Position numbers and translations under genes: made by a program. Shown here piece after piece: positions 33,201 through 46,667 of a DNA stretch of 46,667 nucleotides; within the stretch, counting starts at the first letter, position 1, and each line of letters begins with the position of its first letter. This DNA is from Dimargaris cristalligena (taxonomy: Eukaryota): positions 1 to 46,667 of the forward strand of contig ML002293.1 of the NCBI GenBank assembly GCA_003614675.1. Reading direction: 5' to 3'. Under the pieces are notes generated by a model. It ran no database searches and was not told the origin of the DNA. It was given only the letters and a program-made list of their open reading frames with translations.

Positions 33201-35858
33201 GGCGAAGTTCGCTCAGTCTAAAGATAACATTCCCGCGCCCCGCATCATCAGGCATAGTTCTTGGCGTTGCGCCATGCCTTATCAAGCCACTTTTCCCAAT
33301 AAAGCAATACTGCACTACGGTCACTAGTTTGTTATTTTAGTTTTTCACATATTAATTATAGGGGGGTTTCCCCGATCCGCTATAACATTCATTATTCCCG
33401 AATTCACTTTTTTCTGGAGGACGGATCATCAGGGTATACCGGTCAAGTTGGATCGGATTCATCCGGGTTCATCTTGAGAGCGTGAATGGGCCAGGATTAC
33501 GGGAGTCGGTTCAACCTCTTGCCATATTAAGAACCCTGGGTCCTTCGGATAGAGATGCAGAAGCTTTAATATCGACTTTTATGGTTCTCTAAGTGTAGGG
33601 TCGGCAGTTGAAAATGCACAATGCATGAGAGTCAACGCTAATAAACTGCGGTATCTATGGTCTCCTGAACCAAGTCGCGCACCGGGAAACCGCTGGACAA
33701 TAGACTACCCGTGGAATCATACCCACACCCAACCCGTCTACACATCCGATCCACAGCCATTATCGTCTGGACTCTCGCTGAACCGAACGACCCTAAGCCA
33801 ACCAATCCGCCTTCGATTCCAGCCAATGCACAGTGAAGGAGGGTAGGAGTTGAGATGTGGTGGTAAGAAGTAGTAGTAGGACCGGTCCACTAATAAAATG
33901 CCGGTCTCTATTTAGATTACCCCAATCTTAGGTAAGGTTTTGAGCTTTCACCTGCACTAGGCAGTAGGCGTGACTTCCCACGACGCCCCTGCCGTCGTCC
34001 TGGGCGTCGACCCAGCCCAACGACCCTATCCTGTACCTGGTTAGTCGTGATTTCCCTCTCTCTCTCTCTCCCACCGACTTTCTTAATGCGAATCCTCTAG
34101 CCCGACTTGGGAATTACCATAGATAACTTAGCTTAGAGGACCTAGCCACCATGGCATGTGTTCTACCCCCCCTTCTCCCAATACCACCACCACCATACAC
34201 ACACTCGAGTATGTACACTCCAACAGGCAAATCGGCCAGTCAGCCAGCTCATTATGATGGAAACTTTAATTTTTGTGGATTCACCCACTGTCAGTTCATT
34301 GAACACGTTGGCCGGACGTATTTTTGGTATTCAGACCAACTCTAACCCACCCCTTCATTCCGCCCAGACCGTGTACCCAATGAATACCCCCTTAACATTG
34401 AATATAGAAAGAAAGAAAAAAAACAGTTATGTATGTTTCTGGTCATCGGGCCTACTTACATTTCTTTGTTATAGTCACTCTGCACAGACAATAGTATACA
34501 GCAGGAGGTATGTATGTAGGTGCGGGGGGAGAGAGCTGGGGGGGAATAGAGAACCCATTCACTCCGATTCAGGATGGCTAAGGGTGAATAGCACGCTCTT
34601 GAAAATAGCGCCCAAGTGTTGAGTATTGTGATTGAGGCTAGTCAAGCTTCTTTTATTGGAAGGCGGGGAAAGGATCAGCTTTGGTCTAGATGGTCGATGA
34701 TTGGGAAGCCGAGGGATGAGCGATTATTATTATATGGTAAGCGAGGGAGTAGATGGGCACTAGAATTCTGGGAGAAGTTGCCACCAGAATTAGTTTACGC
34801 GGTGCCTGAAGTAGAAGGGGATATAGTTTAAAACCCGCCCACTCCATTACGGACCACTGCCATCGGCCAGTCTCGCTTGGAATTCATAGAGGTGAGGGGG
34901 CAGATGCCAAAGGGCGTGTCTGGGGCCCACTGGGTGGAGCGTTCATAGGGAAAGGAGCAGGGCGATAGCCCTAGAAGGCCGTAATGAAAGACAAGTGAAA
35001 CGTGCGAGTGACCCTAATAGTAACCGTAGGAATGCCAGACGGAGGCCTAAAATAATACCTCTAGGGGTGTCACAAAATGACTGGTACAAATCACCGGCCA
35101 CTAGACTAGTGTAGTAGTTGCAATAGTACCACAATGGCTGGCAAGACGAAGAGGCTGTGGTAGGAAGCGTATAAAAAAGAGGCATCGATTACTATCAACA
35201 TTTCTTAAGTGGATTTTGGTTAATTTTAAATTAAAAGTGGTGACGGGGAGGCTAAAATAGAGAACATTGCCCGAACGGCGCCATTAGTGCACCCGCAATA
35301 TTAGCTCCCCTCGAAAACCGTCAAATTGGGGAGGAGATCTTTCGCTGCTCCCTGCCGCTGGATTTGACGGTGTTGGAGTGAGTCCTAAATAGACCTCGAA
35401 ATTCGGGGACCTTTCTTACTTTTTATTTTTGGCTCCGATAACGGCCGTCCGCAGTGCCGTCACGGGCTACACGGAAGCAACTGCCCATCGTTGCGCCATA
35501 GGTCCACAAAGACAGTAGGTGGGGCACAGACTAAGGTCTGTCCTCGCAATGTGGTTGCCCTTGTTTAACCATCGGGCCAATGGTCTCTTTTTCTGAGGCG
35601 GGCCACAGAAAGGGAGGGAGAGGAAAGGAGGGGGAGGACTATGTAACCGTGCCTTAGGGCCCCTTTCTGCCTTACTCCAGCTTTTTCCACCCACCCCTTC
35701 CCCCACGCACCCTCCCATACCCATTGTTGCTCGCCCACGGTCGCTTGGCCCACCTTCTCCCCCAGTAGGTGGACCTGCCAACCACCTTCACCTCACGCGT
35801 GATCGTCCTCCCCCATTGATTCCTGGCCCAGGTGTGGGTGTTCACCAGGCTCTTGCCC

Positions 35859-35867
35859 TATATATAA
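35859..35867 (+). promoter_or_regulatory. Putative TATA box upstream of the DUF3020-like gene
   Basis: TATATATAA followed by a pyrimidine-rich leader, about 440 bp upstream of the ATG at 36308. Confidence 0.4.
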
Positions 35868-36307
35868 CAAGACATCCCCGCCCGTTTTAAGCCCCCTTTT
35901 TCCTACATTGAACTTCCCCACAGTCATTGGCTCTATCATGCATTGGCTTCTTATCCCTGACCTTTTTAGCTGATTGTGACCTTGGTTTTTCTACTCACTT
36001 TCTCCTCTCTTCTAGCCTCCTATCCCTTTGATCATTATCCATCCCCGACCTTATTGTACTAGCTATCCGGTCTTATATAGCCCCTGTTTTACTCGCCTAT
36101 ACATCAATCCATTACTACCATCAATATCCCGACTTTGTTTTCATTTACGAACCATTCCTGCGTATAATATAGGCCATTAATCAACCCCAACATTGGATTC
36201 ACGGTTAAATTGTTTATCTAAACACAGTGGTGTGGTTCTAAATCGAATCACCTGTCCCTCCATATCCTCTTCCACTACATCACATCGCATCGCTCTGCTC
36301 CACTACC

Positions 36308-37591
36308 ATGTCAACGGTGATGATGGCGGATATTTCGACCTCGGCCTCCAAGAAGAAGGCCAAGAATAACAGCACCGGCCCCAGTCGCACTAAATGCCGT
36401 ACGAAAGATGAGGTTTGTCAGCGCATGCGTAAATGGCGCTCCCAGAATGCCGATAAGAACCGCCAAAACGACATGCGGTGTCGGGTGTACCGGTTGGCCC
36501 GCCAGCGGTTCGCCAGCGACAAGAGTCCTGAGGCCCAGGCCTGGATCCAAGGTGAAATTGACCGCCGTATCGAAAAACGGCGACTCCGGGAAGCCACCAA
36601 AGGCACTTCGCCGACCTCCGAAACTGACATGCGTCTCTCTTCCACGGGTGAGGGCGCCCACGAGCCCCCTTCGTCCTCCCATGGACGCGACTCCATGGAA
36701 TCCCCATCGCCAGCCTCGTCCTCCTCCAGCTTCTACCGGTCCCAGTCGCCCCCCTCCCATCTGCTCTCGGCCAGTACGAGCCCGGCATGGTCGCCCACCG
36801 CCCTCAGCTTCACCCCCGCTATGCCCGTACCGTTTCGCCAGCCCTACCTGCACTACCAACCCTACCGAGTGGAGGGCCGCCGAGCCAACCCAGCTAGCCA
36901 TATACCCCGCATTGAGCCGCGGACCTCTTCCCCCCATAGTACGCGGACTACCCCTGCCTTGGTCTCCCTGCCGCGGCCGGCCCCTGCAGAACCCCGCATT
37001 GCAGCCCACGGCCTGTCCTGGGAGGTAAACCGCGAATGGCTAAAGGATCTGGCTATCCCCCTCACCAAGACACTGGCCCGGTTCGAATCGGCGTTCGAAA
37101 CGGTGGCGGTTTCCCGGGAACAGCAACCCCGCCACGCGCACATTATTCTACCGGCCCCTCGGCCCACCTCCTCCGCCGCCTACAAGGCGTTGTCCACTGG
37201 GTCCGTGTCACCACCACTGCCGCCATCACCCACTGCCTACCCCCAGCCCCACAATGCCGCCAGCCTGTGTGTCTCTCCCACTTCCATGCCCAGCTCCACC
37301 CAATCCAGCCCTTCCCCGTCTGACCTCTGCTTCTCGCGACCCTCGCCCAATCAAGCGACCACTTATACCATGGCCTATAGCCACCACCACCCTTCGGGTT
37401 ATCCCGCACCGTCCGAACCGTCGCGGGTATCCTTGGGCTCGACCATCGGGGCGCTCACCAGCAGTAGCCGCCCTTTGGTGAAGTGTTTCCCCCAGCCGCC
37501 TAAATTCGGCGGCAAGGCAAACGGGGGCCTTGCGGCCTCGGGCAAATCCGTCTCCGACTTTGTTCTGCCCCCAGTGATCACCCACTTGTAA
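36308..37591 (+). CDS. DUF3020-like domain protein with a long Ser/Pro-rich disordered tail, 427 aa (putative nuclear regulator)
   Basis: ACC-ATG, GC3-rich codons and an NLS-like KKKAK. The segment RMRKWRSQNADKNRQNDMRCRVYRLARQRF...WIQGEIDRRIEKRR resembles the fungal DUF3020 pattern (KWRxxNxxxNxxNDLRCRV...WIxxExxRR), recognised from memory. Confidence 0.8.
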   Translation: MSTVMMADISTSASKKKAKNNSTGPSRTKCRTKDEVCQRMRKWRSQNADKNRQNDMRCRVYRLARQRFASDKSPEAQAWIQGEIDRRIEKRRLREATKGTSPTSETDMRLSSTGEGAHEPPSSSHGRDSMESPSPASSSSSFYRSQSPPSHLLSASTSPAWSPTALSFTPAMPVPFRQPYLHYQPYRVEGRRANPASHIPRIEPRTSSPHSTRTTPALVSLPRPAPAEPRIAAHGLSWEVNREWLKDLAIPLTKTLARFESAFETVAVSREQQPRHAHIILPAPRPTSSAAYKALSTGSVSPPLPPSPTAYPQPHNAASLCVSPTSMPSSTQSSPSPSDLCFSRPSPNQATTYTMAYSHHHPSGYPAPSEPSRVSLGSTIGALTSSSRPLVKCFPQPPKFGGKANGGLAASGKSVSDFVLPPVITHL

Positions 37592-37640
37592 TTGGACCAC
37601 TTGGAGGACCTAGAGACGCACCCACCAACGGATGGTCCAC

Positions 37641-37684
37641 CACTACTATTACTACTACTACTACTACTACTACTACGACTACTA
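37641..37684. repeat. Imperfect (CTA)n trinucleotide microsatellite in the 3'UTR of the DUF3020-like gene
   Basis: Direct reading of the sequence. Confidence 0.85.
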
Positions 37685-39844
37685 ATCAGGACCTCCATAA
37701 TCCAATGTCGCATCGTCGCATCTTTTCCCTGGGTTTAAATCCCACCCGCTTGGCACTAACCAATCCGCAACTCCCCTGGGTTTGCATAATTTACTCACAC
37801 ACCACCCGGTGTCCTTATTATTTTTGTTGGAAAGGGGGGCCAGGTGGTTTTTTTACTGTGTTGACTGTATCCACTAATTAACCTTTTTGTGCACAGTGCC
37901 AGTCGCTGGTCCGTTTTTTTGGGCCTTTTTTCTTCTCATATCATTTTGGATGTATTTCTGTATTCAATTGCACGCGACGACCTGCGACACCGTCCTCCAA
38001 TATCCACCATTTCCAACCCATCATTACTTATTGCCTTTTCGTAATTCCTCACCCACTCACACTGTATACATACAACATACTTTTCATGACCTCTCAATTA
38101 TGTACGCCTATTTTAATTACACCACTATGCCTCCCTCAGCTACCCTTTTTAGTGCGCAGACCAGGTTTCTTGTGGGGGCCGCTTTATTAAATGAATACTG
38201 AGCTGATACGTCATTGACAACCTGGCACTCACTGCCCTTATTTTCTGCTTAAGCAGACTTCATAATCGCAGCCTTAATGTTGATTGTTATTGTTTCATCT
38301 TCCTGTTGTTTTCATCTTCTAAATTTATAAGCCCACGGCCCTGTTATTTAATATCGGCCCTACTTTGCGAATAAATCAATGCAACTAAATTACCCTTGAC
38401 CAATTGTCTGCATGGATTTGGCTGGGGTCACGCTATTTACCAAAGAGAAAAATATACCCCCATCCGCTTATTTGGCCAAGGTTCGGATACACCTTTTCCG
38501 AAATATAGAGTTGGCCAATCACCGTGGGTGACTGGGCTTGAATTATTATATATATGCACAGTAGTTTGACCAGTTGATACTGTTTAGAACAAATGACTAC
38601 GTGTGGTATTTTATCCACTGCCGGCCTGGTTAAGGAGAGTCGATCCCGGGTAGTGATTGAACTTGAACTTCCCCCCCTCCGACCACACGCATGGTCCAAT
38701 CCAACATGGTTGCAGAATAGAGTTCTAGTCCTACACAGATGATATTGGGCGCCGTAGGGGCAGTGTGCGTGCGGGAAAATATAGGGAAAGGAACCCAAGC
38801 GGCCAGCCAGTAGCATATCTCGTTTTTTTGCTAGTAATGATCGTTGGGAAACTTACCAAGGATTCGAGTGTGACCAGAGCTACTGGTTGGTTACAGAAAA
38901 GTATGACTTTCCTCCGTCCCTTCAGTGATTTACCGCATTAGGGGGGAGGGGAATAAACCTCGGTGAAGAAGCATGGCAAAATCGCCATGTCACCCATGCA
39001 CCTCAATTAAACATTAAAAAGCCATTGAAGGAGCCAAAAGGCATCACTTGGGTGCCGCGTTTAGTGCACTGACAGTATAGTTGCCACTGCCGCCGATCAT
39101 ACCAGGGGGTGTTCCTAAGTTGCTACAAGGTGGGCAGCTATTATGGACATTATTTGTTTTGGTGGTCCGACGACATGATAATGTGTCTTCTGCTTTAGGA
39201 AAGAGGCTATACTTGTGGTGGGCAATGTATTGGCCAAGTCGGGGTAAATTAACTGACCTGTGAATTAAAGTTTGGAATTCCACAGAAATAGAGGGTTAGT
39301 TGGTGATTTAGTACCGCTGACTAGTCGGACATAATGGCCATTAGCCTCACCGATCGGTAGAAGGGCCCCAATTATAAGACGTTCAATCTAGGCGACTGGG
39401 ACGGATACTGGTGTCCTCGCCTTTAGTAATATTCCTTAACAAACCCAGAAACCTGAAATCTCACTCGGTCTACACTGGAGTGGCATTATTTCCTTAACTC
39501 GGCTTGCCTTCCAAAATCCCATGACACCTACGGTGGTGGGCCCCACCCCTAGTGTTTTTTCTTTAATGTAATAATACTCGGGCATAGTACTACAGCATTC
39601 GGAGATGTAGGACCTAACGTGAACCACCAGCGTACCTATTTTGTCCTGCTTCCAAACAGAGTAACCGCTTCATAATATTATTCATTCGATTGCCCAATGG
39701 GTATTCTAAGGGTAATTAAGAGGGTTTCGGGAGCCGTATGGCTTAAGATTATGCAGGTAACCGTGTGGATTATTTCTTCCAGGTATAATTGTTGATTTGG
39801 AATTTCCCGAGTACTGGGTATTCGGAAGATTGGTTATTTCTGCA

Positions 39845-39865
39845 ATATATATATATATATATATA
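39845..39865. repeat. (AT)n dinucleotide microsatellite
   Basis: Direct reading of the sequence. Confidence 0.85.
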
Positions 39866-42800
39866 TCATTTTTATTACATGGATTTAGTTCGAGTGGTCT
39901 GTTTTTGTTTTGGGCCCCAATTACTTCAAGCCCACGCGTCTCGCATTCCAAGTTGAAATCCTGTCGACTCAGCTGTTACATTTACATTAACATATAATAC
40001 CCTAAATGGTAAGCGTTGGCAAAGAAAAATCCCATACCCCTTCATAGTATTCCCGTGCCCCTTCCAGTTAGAGTAAATACCGATTTCGAACAGCATATTT
40101 CTACATCATCTCTCCACCACCAAGTAAGCCATGTTGGATCTAAGGGGGGTTCAAATAATTCACACCACAATTGGCATTAAACACATCCGGCCATACCTTG
40201 CATCGGAGTGTACTGGTGGGTGAGATTATGTATAAACACATTCAGGATGCCATTTCCTGTGAGATGGCGGGTCGGCGGAATTTGCACCCATTTATTCAAA
40301 TAACCTGACGTAGCCATCCCTGTTTTTGCCGAAGTAAGTTCATTAATATAAGCTGATTTCAGGATATATTTGGGTGTTGGCATTAGTAGGTGGCTTAACC
40401 TTTCTAATTGTGATCATGGATTCCCCCAAACCATTTATTGGAGTAACAGCGAACCAGCCATTTAGCCACGACGACTACATACCTGGAGTTGCCTGAGTCA
40501 TCCCTCCCATTGCTGGATTACTACAGCAGGCTTCCTCCGCCCTCCCCCTATACACCCTTCAATGAGCATTACAAACCCTATTTTAGGGTCAAGTTTCAAC
40601 ACCTTTTAAGACGCGATGAGAATTACTGTATCACAACCGCACCGTGAGGTATAAGCCCTACTACGATGTCCAAACCATTGGACAGTTGATAAATGTGGTA
40701 AAATAAGCGAGGTCAGAACCCTAAACCTGTTGAGTTGAAAATCCCTGGTTAAATTGGGAAATGTCATACAGGAATTGGAAGCAATTGGAGGTGAATCTGA
40801 CCTCGCGGCCCACTGTTGCTGCACATAGAGTCACGCTAGCGGCCTCGACCAGGTTCACAAATAGATATAGTGGTAGTGTTTTTTTCTAACTGAACCTACT
40901 GAACGGACTGCAGAGGTTCAGTAATGCTCAGTCCTTCCCCCCCTCACTCTCGCCCTTTGCCCGAATGCCACGCCAAACGTGGCTTTTAACTGCCCCACTC
41001 CCCCCCTCACTCTCGTCCGCCCCCATTCACTCATTATCGGAAGCTAGCTCACATTGAACTTGGGACACTCTGGCCGATCAGCCAGACCGCTGGTCAACTG
41101 CGAATGACAAGTTGGCGGGGGAGAATCCAAAATAGTCTAACATTCCGACCAAGTGAACTAGGCTCATTAAGCCTAAAGCGGCGAATATTATCGGTCCATC
41201 ACTCCATTATTCATTGTTAGGAGCATGGCGCTCCTTTACATGCGGATTGGTTCGTCATTTCTTTTGGGCGAGGCCTTTCTCACCCGGCACCTGTTTCTTC
41301 TCCAAAAACCCTTCCACCCTTTCCCCTCCCCGCTAGTCGTTGACATTAGCGTATCATAAGGACAGACTGTTTCAAACCCCGATTAATTTAATTTGTGTTC
41401 AACCTTTTCAGTTTCCCATGTTTACCGATACTAAGTTGGGGAAAGACTTTAGCCGCTGTGGTAATGGGAGGGGGGGGGTGACTGGCTTCCCAGGTTGGTG
41501 TATGGGGGGATTGCCGGTTTGTCTCTGAATGTTTCACTAAGTTATACTGCATTTTTCTGGGAATAGGGGGGTGCATCATTGGATGACTCAATCAACCACT
41601 TTCCAAATCCTGATTCCGTTCTATTCTACTGCTTTGTTGGTCCGAGGTCAGGTGGCGGGTGCTAAATTATACTCACAGTCCGCTTTCCCATCCATGCCAC
41701 CATATGCGGCAATGTCCATACAGTGTTCACACTAGAATGATCAGTGTAATACATGTCTACCTCCACTTGACACAGGGTTCCCATCGTTGGGACACGTTAA
41801 TAGTCCATAGTTATAATAAACCGATCCGCCATTGCCGCCTCCCATTGTATTCGTGCCTAGGGTTATTATGGTCAAGTTCCACTTAATATCCGCATTGTTT
41901 TCCTATCCCTGGGCCCTCCAGCGTCAGCATAGCGTGTGGCATAACCCCATGCCTCATAGTCCGCCAACTCGGCGCTACTTTGCCCTAGTGCGGGATCAGT
42001 CCTTGTCCGACTTGGAAACTAGACGGATCAAATCAACCATGTTTCCATCCGTATATCCAGCAGTACAACCTTACCGCGAGGCATTGGTCTATCATACACC
42101 TAGTTCGTATCAAAGATTGTCTAATAAACTTTTATCTAGGATCCCAGTTTGAAATTCGACCATGTAAGTGGCTGATTGCCACAGAACAGTTGAACAATGT
42201 AAGGCCGGTTGCCAAGACCGACGGTATCGGATGCAACACTTTGGGACTAATTCGGCCGTTTCTAGGCAATAGTTGGGGAGGGATAAACTTTGATGACTAC
42301 CCGATCCCATTTTCTCTTTTCTTTTTCTCCTTTTTGATCTACCCATTGCAAGCGGCTAATCCCAACTTGGACGAGAAAGGTTCTAACTGGATGTACCGCG
42401 CCATCAACCATCAGCCTGCCTGCCAGCCATAGAAGGGTTTCAGTCGATCCATTCATTTTGGGGGGTGAGCATGGGGGTTAGATAAAAGAAGAAGAAAAAA
42501 ATCGCCTCGAACGAAGGAATGTGGAGATGGTAAATCCGGAAATTGGTGGTGCAGGTTGAGAGGTTCAAGTAAATTCCCTTAACAGTACTTCTTCGCGTGT
42601 CCTCAGCGTATCCCATTTTACTGCGACCGAGTGTGCAATGGGGGCACTCCCACTTTAATTAATGCTGTAAAGATATGGCACACGTGTGCTAATTGGTAAA
42701 ACAGGTGGGGTGGGGATCGAAAAAGGCAACTGAGGACCCAGAATAGCATAATGAGCGTGGTGTGAGCTCAATCCTTGCCCGAAGGAGAGAAGGGTGGGGG

Positions 42801-45800
42801 AGGAGGTCATGGCCCTTATCTGACTCCCTCATTACGGCTAAATATGATTCGACAGTAATGCCATGGGCAAGTAGCCCCATACAAGACAGAGGGGGGGGCG
42901 GTAGGTCTGGTCGGAAAATTGGATTAATGCTAGGGTACCATTCTCTTTCCATCAGGCGTTTGTTTTTACTTAATTTTCAAAACCAGAAAATGCCTAATTG
43001 ATTAGGCCATTGGGGGCTAACATTGAAGCCATTGCTTAGAATAGCTGATGGCTAATTGTAAATATACATCCCTATTTATTTACAATGACCCGTTTCGTTT
43101 GCTGCTTATAAATGAACGAAAGAAAATACCCGTGGAAGCAGGGTTTGACTAGCCGCCCCACTGAATGGGGGTTCCCGGCCCTGTGCGAGACAGGCGGCAA
43201 TAATGTTCCTTGTATTTATTTTGAACGACTCTTCCGTATCACAATGGGATAGTCCATGAAACCAGGAGGGAATCATCGAGTCGGGTGACACTAAACCCTT
43301 CGGGTAAAGCACCGCCGGCTGGGGTCCGCTCTCAAGTGGCGAAGAACAAGGGGGTCAACTAGACGCAGGATCTACAGTAAAACGGCGAGGCAATTCCCTT
43401 CCCCCGTGGAAAGTGGAAGCTTAGGTAACACGTTCGGTTCACAAAATCCGGAGACATTCAATGGTACCCCTCGCACCACGAGTTGGTATTGTCGTTTACA
43501 TTGTTTTCCTAGGTGTATATTTAGCGATGTACACATGATGGAGGTCGAATTTATGATTCCCAGCATATCATTTGGCTTTGGCGATTCGTCCATGAATATA
43601 TAAACAAGAGAAAAAGCACGATAGTTAGTATCACTTCAATGTGCTTTGAAGATTGACGAGTAAACTTGTTCATGTGAGTTCTAGGCAGTCCGGCGTTCAC
43701 ATAGATCCATATAAGTTACTTTCAGTCGTCGCAATCATCAGATTGCCTAATTTGGTTAAATTGCTCACCATCAGCCAGAGTCACAAGGATTCAGCGACTT
43801 GGTAAACATGATCCGGTGAAATTGTAGAATCGCTCATTTACACAATGGTTGGACCAAACCCCAGCTGGACATCCGCCGCCTCGTTCAGAGCTGAGTCCCC
43901 ATCACCTTGTTGAAGGGGTTTTGGTTCGGTAGGGGTAATTTGGCGGATTCTATCTTGACGGCAACGCTGGGGCCGACGAAACGCTGGCCTTACCAATATG
44001 CTATTTTGCGAGAAATTATCGACACCCGACGCCCTTATAGTCATGATAGCCCAGCGTCCGTCCGAGTAGAGCGCATTTTCACCACTCGTCCATGGGTATT
44101 CTGAGTGCAGGAAACCTTCGGCTATACTGGAATAAGCCGAAGGCGGTGTTACGTACACTCCTGGCAGCCAGCCGGTGGGGCGTGACATCCAGCATGACCA
44201 GGGCGGGTAGTTCTAGCTACCACTCCTCCCGCCGAGCACCGACTAATCCCCCCTTTACTATATTTGATTTCAGGCATAGCTAAGAAATGTACGCTATATT
44301 TGGGAATTGTCCAGGTTTAAGGTAGAGGAAAGACAGGGGGAATGCACTAGGGTATTGATTGTCTAATATTTTGATACCATCTTAAATTCGCGGCTAGGCC
44401 GGGTTACAAGAATAGAAGTGGTCCAAGGATTGCATAACTGGTCGGTTGTAGTATCCGCCCTAGCCGAGACAATGTTCAAGTGGGAATATAATCTCTAGAT
44501 TTGAATATATGGGTCGGAAATCAGTGCTCAGAAGATGAAACGAAATGAAATCTCAGTTTAATACCAGTTGTCCGTCCAGTGGTATGAGCAATTCAAAATA
44601 TACAGGATGTGCCTTTTTCTCCGGACGGCTGAGCCGATACATGAGCTGCTGAGAAACAAAAAAGTTACTATCACATTGTCTATTCCTAAAAGCGATAGGC
44701 CGGTAGAGAAAAGCCCGGCGAGGTGTTTCAGATAAGAACTGGCTACTTTGCTGCGTATCCCGAGTTATGGTAAAAGTTTCGATGTGTGTTGACAGGGGGT
44801 GAAACTTGTTTCCAATTGCCTTTTCACATTGGGTCCGCTGTGTCCCCATTGATAGGTCTTCTTAGTTGCTTGGTAAGGTTTATCGGCTGATTCTCCTCTA
44901 CTAGCAACCGGATTCCCACTCCGCAACTCCCTCATGGATTTGACCATGACTTGTGCGGCATCTCATTAAAGCAAGGGTACCGAGCCCAAATACACACCCT
45001 TTAGCAAAATCAAAAGTAGGTGACTGATAATTCCGCCCGTCGACCTGCAACTGCGTGTATTATGAACCAGCGACACGCGGGTCCAGTGTGTGTAGTGTTA
45101 TCAGCCAGTATAAGGTTATGTATGGCATAAGTCGTTCACTCTAGAAAGTCCGCCAATGTAGCTAGACTGTTTCGGCCAGTTATCGATGGATGATATCAGG
45201 TTGAAGGAGTCTACTGCATAAATTATCTGGCCTCTTCATTGGAGTTTTTTATTGGCTGTTTAGTAAAAATAGGAAAGTATCACCTTCGTCACTCATTTCA
45301 TACCAATGGGCAAAAATGGACTTTAAGTGAGAAACATTACGCCTACTATTGAAGAGGAATTTCGAGAAGCATGGAATAGGGCCCCATTCGTATGCCCCAG
45401 TTCCATCTAACGCTCTTTCCTCTGGTCTATTCGATTATGCCGGTACACCACATTTGACTGCAATTTCCCATGCCCAGCCCTCTCGTTGTCCTATCGAATA
45501 CTTAGTCATTCCCTAGTCATTAGCGCCCTGTGCGCTGTTCACTTTATCGAGCATGTGTAATACCTCATGACCCTTGTAACATCCTGTCCTCAGCGAAACG
45601 TGCATTATTTCGTTGCCGGACTTCCTACCGCCTTCCTTACCCAATATAGTTAATTCCCGAATATCTAAGTGTCTCATTTATGGTGAAGCTTACTACAGTC
45701 TTTGAGCCCCCTCTTTTCTCATCCGGCAACCGGAATTACCATAGGCTACCTTGCCTACTGAGCTAGTATCTTTGGCTATGCATGGTACCATGGGCTTACT

Positions 45801-46667
45801 GACTTTATCTTTTAAAGAGCGAATGTACACTATCCTACAAAATAAGTACTTGTAGTAACGGCCGCGTCATTTAACCTGACACAGGTTCGAGGGTATTGAG
45901 CGGCGAACTATAATTTTACTATCGGAGTGTAAAATAATGATCTCCAGTATAGAGAACTCCTGGCTATATTGAAGCAGTTGTTTAAATTTCGTCTCGTAAT
46001 CTTTAGATTTGTGTAAATAATTTTGCTTACCCGTATCTACCCCGTTTGCTTCCAGTTTTTTGTTGAAAATTTACTAATCAAAGGAGGTCATTTAATAGAT
46101 ACCGACAACCCGAAAATAGGATGAAGCATGATTTGGGGCGTTCTTTGAATACTCAATGTGCCACTTTCCCTGACACAATCATATCCACAGGGAAAGGGTG
46201 ATGATTTCAGCCGATGTATATCCATAACCCTCAATCTGTATCAGCCCATAGATGGGTGGGGGATGGTAAAGGCTAGCTCTTGTACACACCAGCCGTTTGC
46301 TTAAATGTAGTATAGATCCAAAACCTCTTTTCTGGAAGTGTAAATAATTTCCGGTTGGTATATTAAAGACTGACCATTGTCACCTGATTTCTAAGTTCAA
46401 GATACCGGGCAACAGTCCTAGATTGAATAGTCCTACAGTATTGGGCATTTTTAAAAGGCTAGGGTTATGTCACCCAAATTGACCACTCTTAGTCCATCAA
46501 GAGTCTCGGGGATAGGCTTCTAACAGGAGGCGGGTCATTGGGTATGGCCAAGTGGACTACTAGCATTAGGTAGGGCTGATACTAACTGTCGCCCCTCCTA
46601 ATCTGTCCTAATCCAACCGATATGACCGCCGTCATATCAGGCCGTATAGCACCATATTGTACCCCCC

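Noticed and set aside
44115-44143. 9-bp hairpin and a minus-strand peptide TAFGLFQY resembling a Ty3/gypsy reverse transcriptase motif
   Set aside because: No MPFGL or YxDD follows, and 9-bp hairpins are expected several times by chance in 46 kb.

Overview
Eukaryotic, fungal-type genomic DNA: GT-AG introns with GTAAGT donors, CTAAC-like branch sites and GC3-rich CDS. An early-diverging fungus is plausible but is inference only. The left 26 kb is gene-dense: a gene truncated at the left edge, UBP15/USP7, a single-domain glyoxalase I, a small secreted Cys/His/Trp-repeat protein, an HSV2/WIPI3-4 PROPPIN, NSP1/Nup62, RPL21, mitochondrial uL15m and NADPH-cytochrome P450 reductase. The right 21 kb is gene-poor, with one DUF3020-like protein and a possible cryptic three-exon gene or pseudogene. 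The most interesting observations are: the orphan-looking secreted protein with six CxxC motifs at exact 13-aa spacing; two inverted copies of a 144-bp MITE-like element bracketing NSP1; an out-of-frame FG-containing C-terminal tail of NSP1; and a dense GATC(TAC) cluster in the RPL21 5'UTR intron. I found no tRNA, rRNA, CRISPR array or autonomous transposon.
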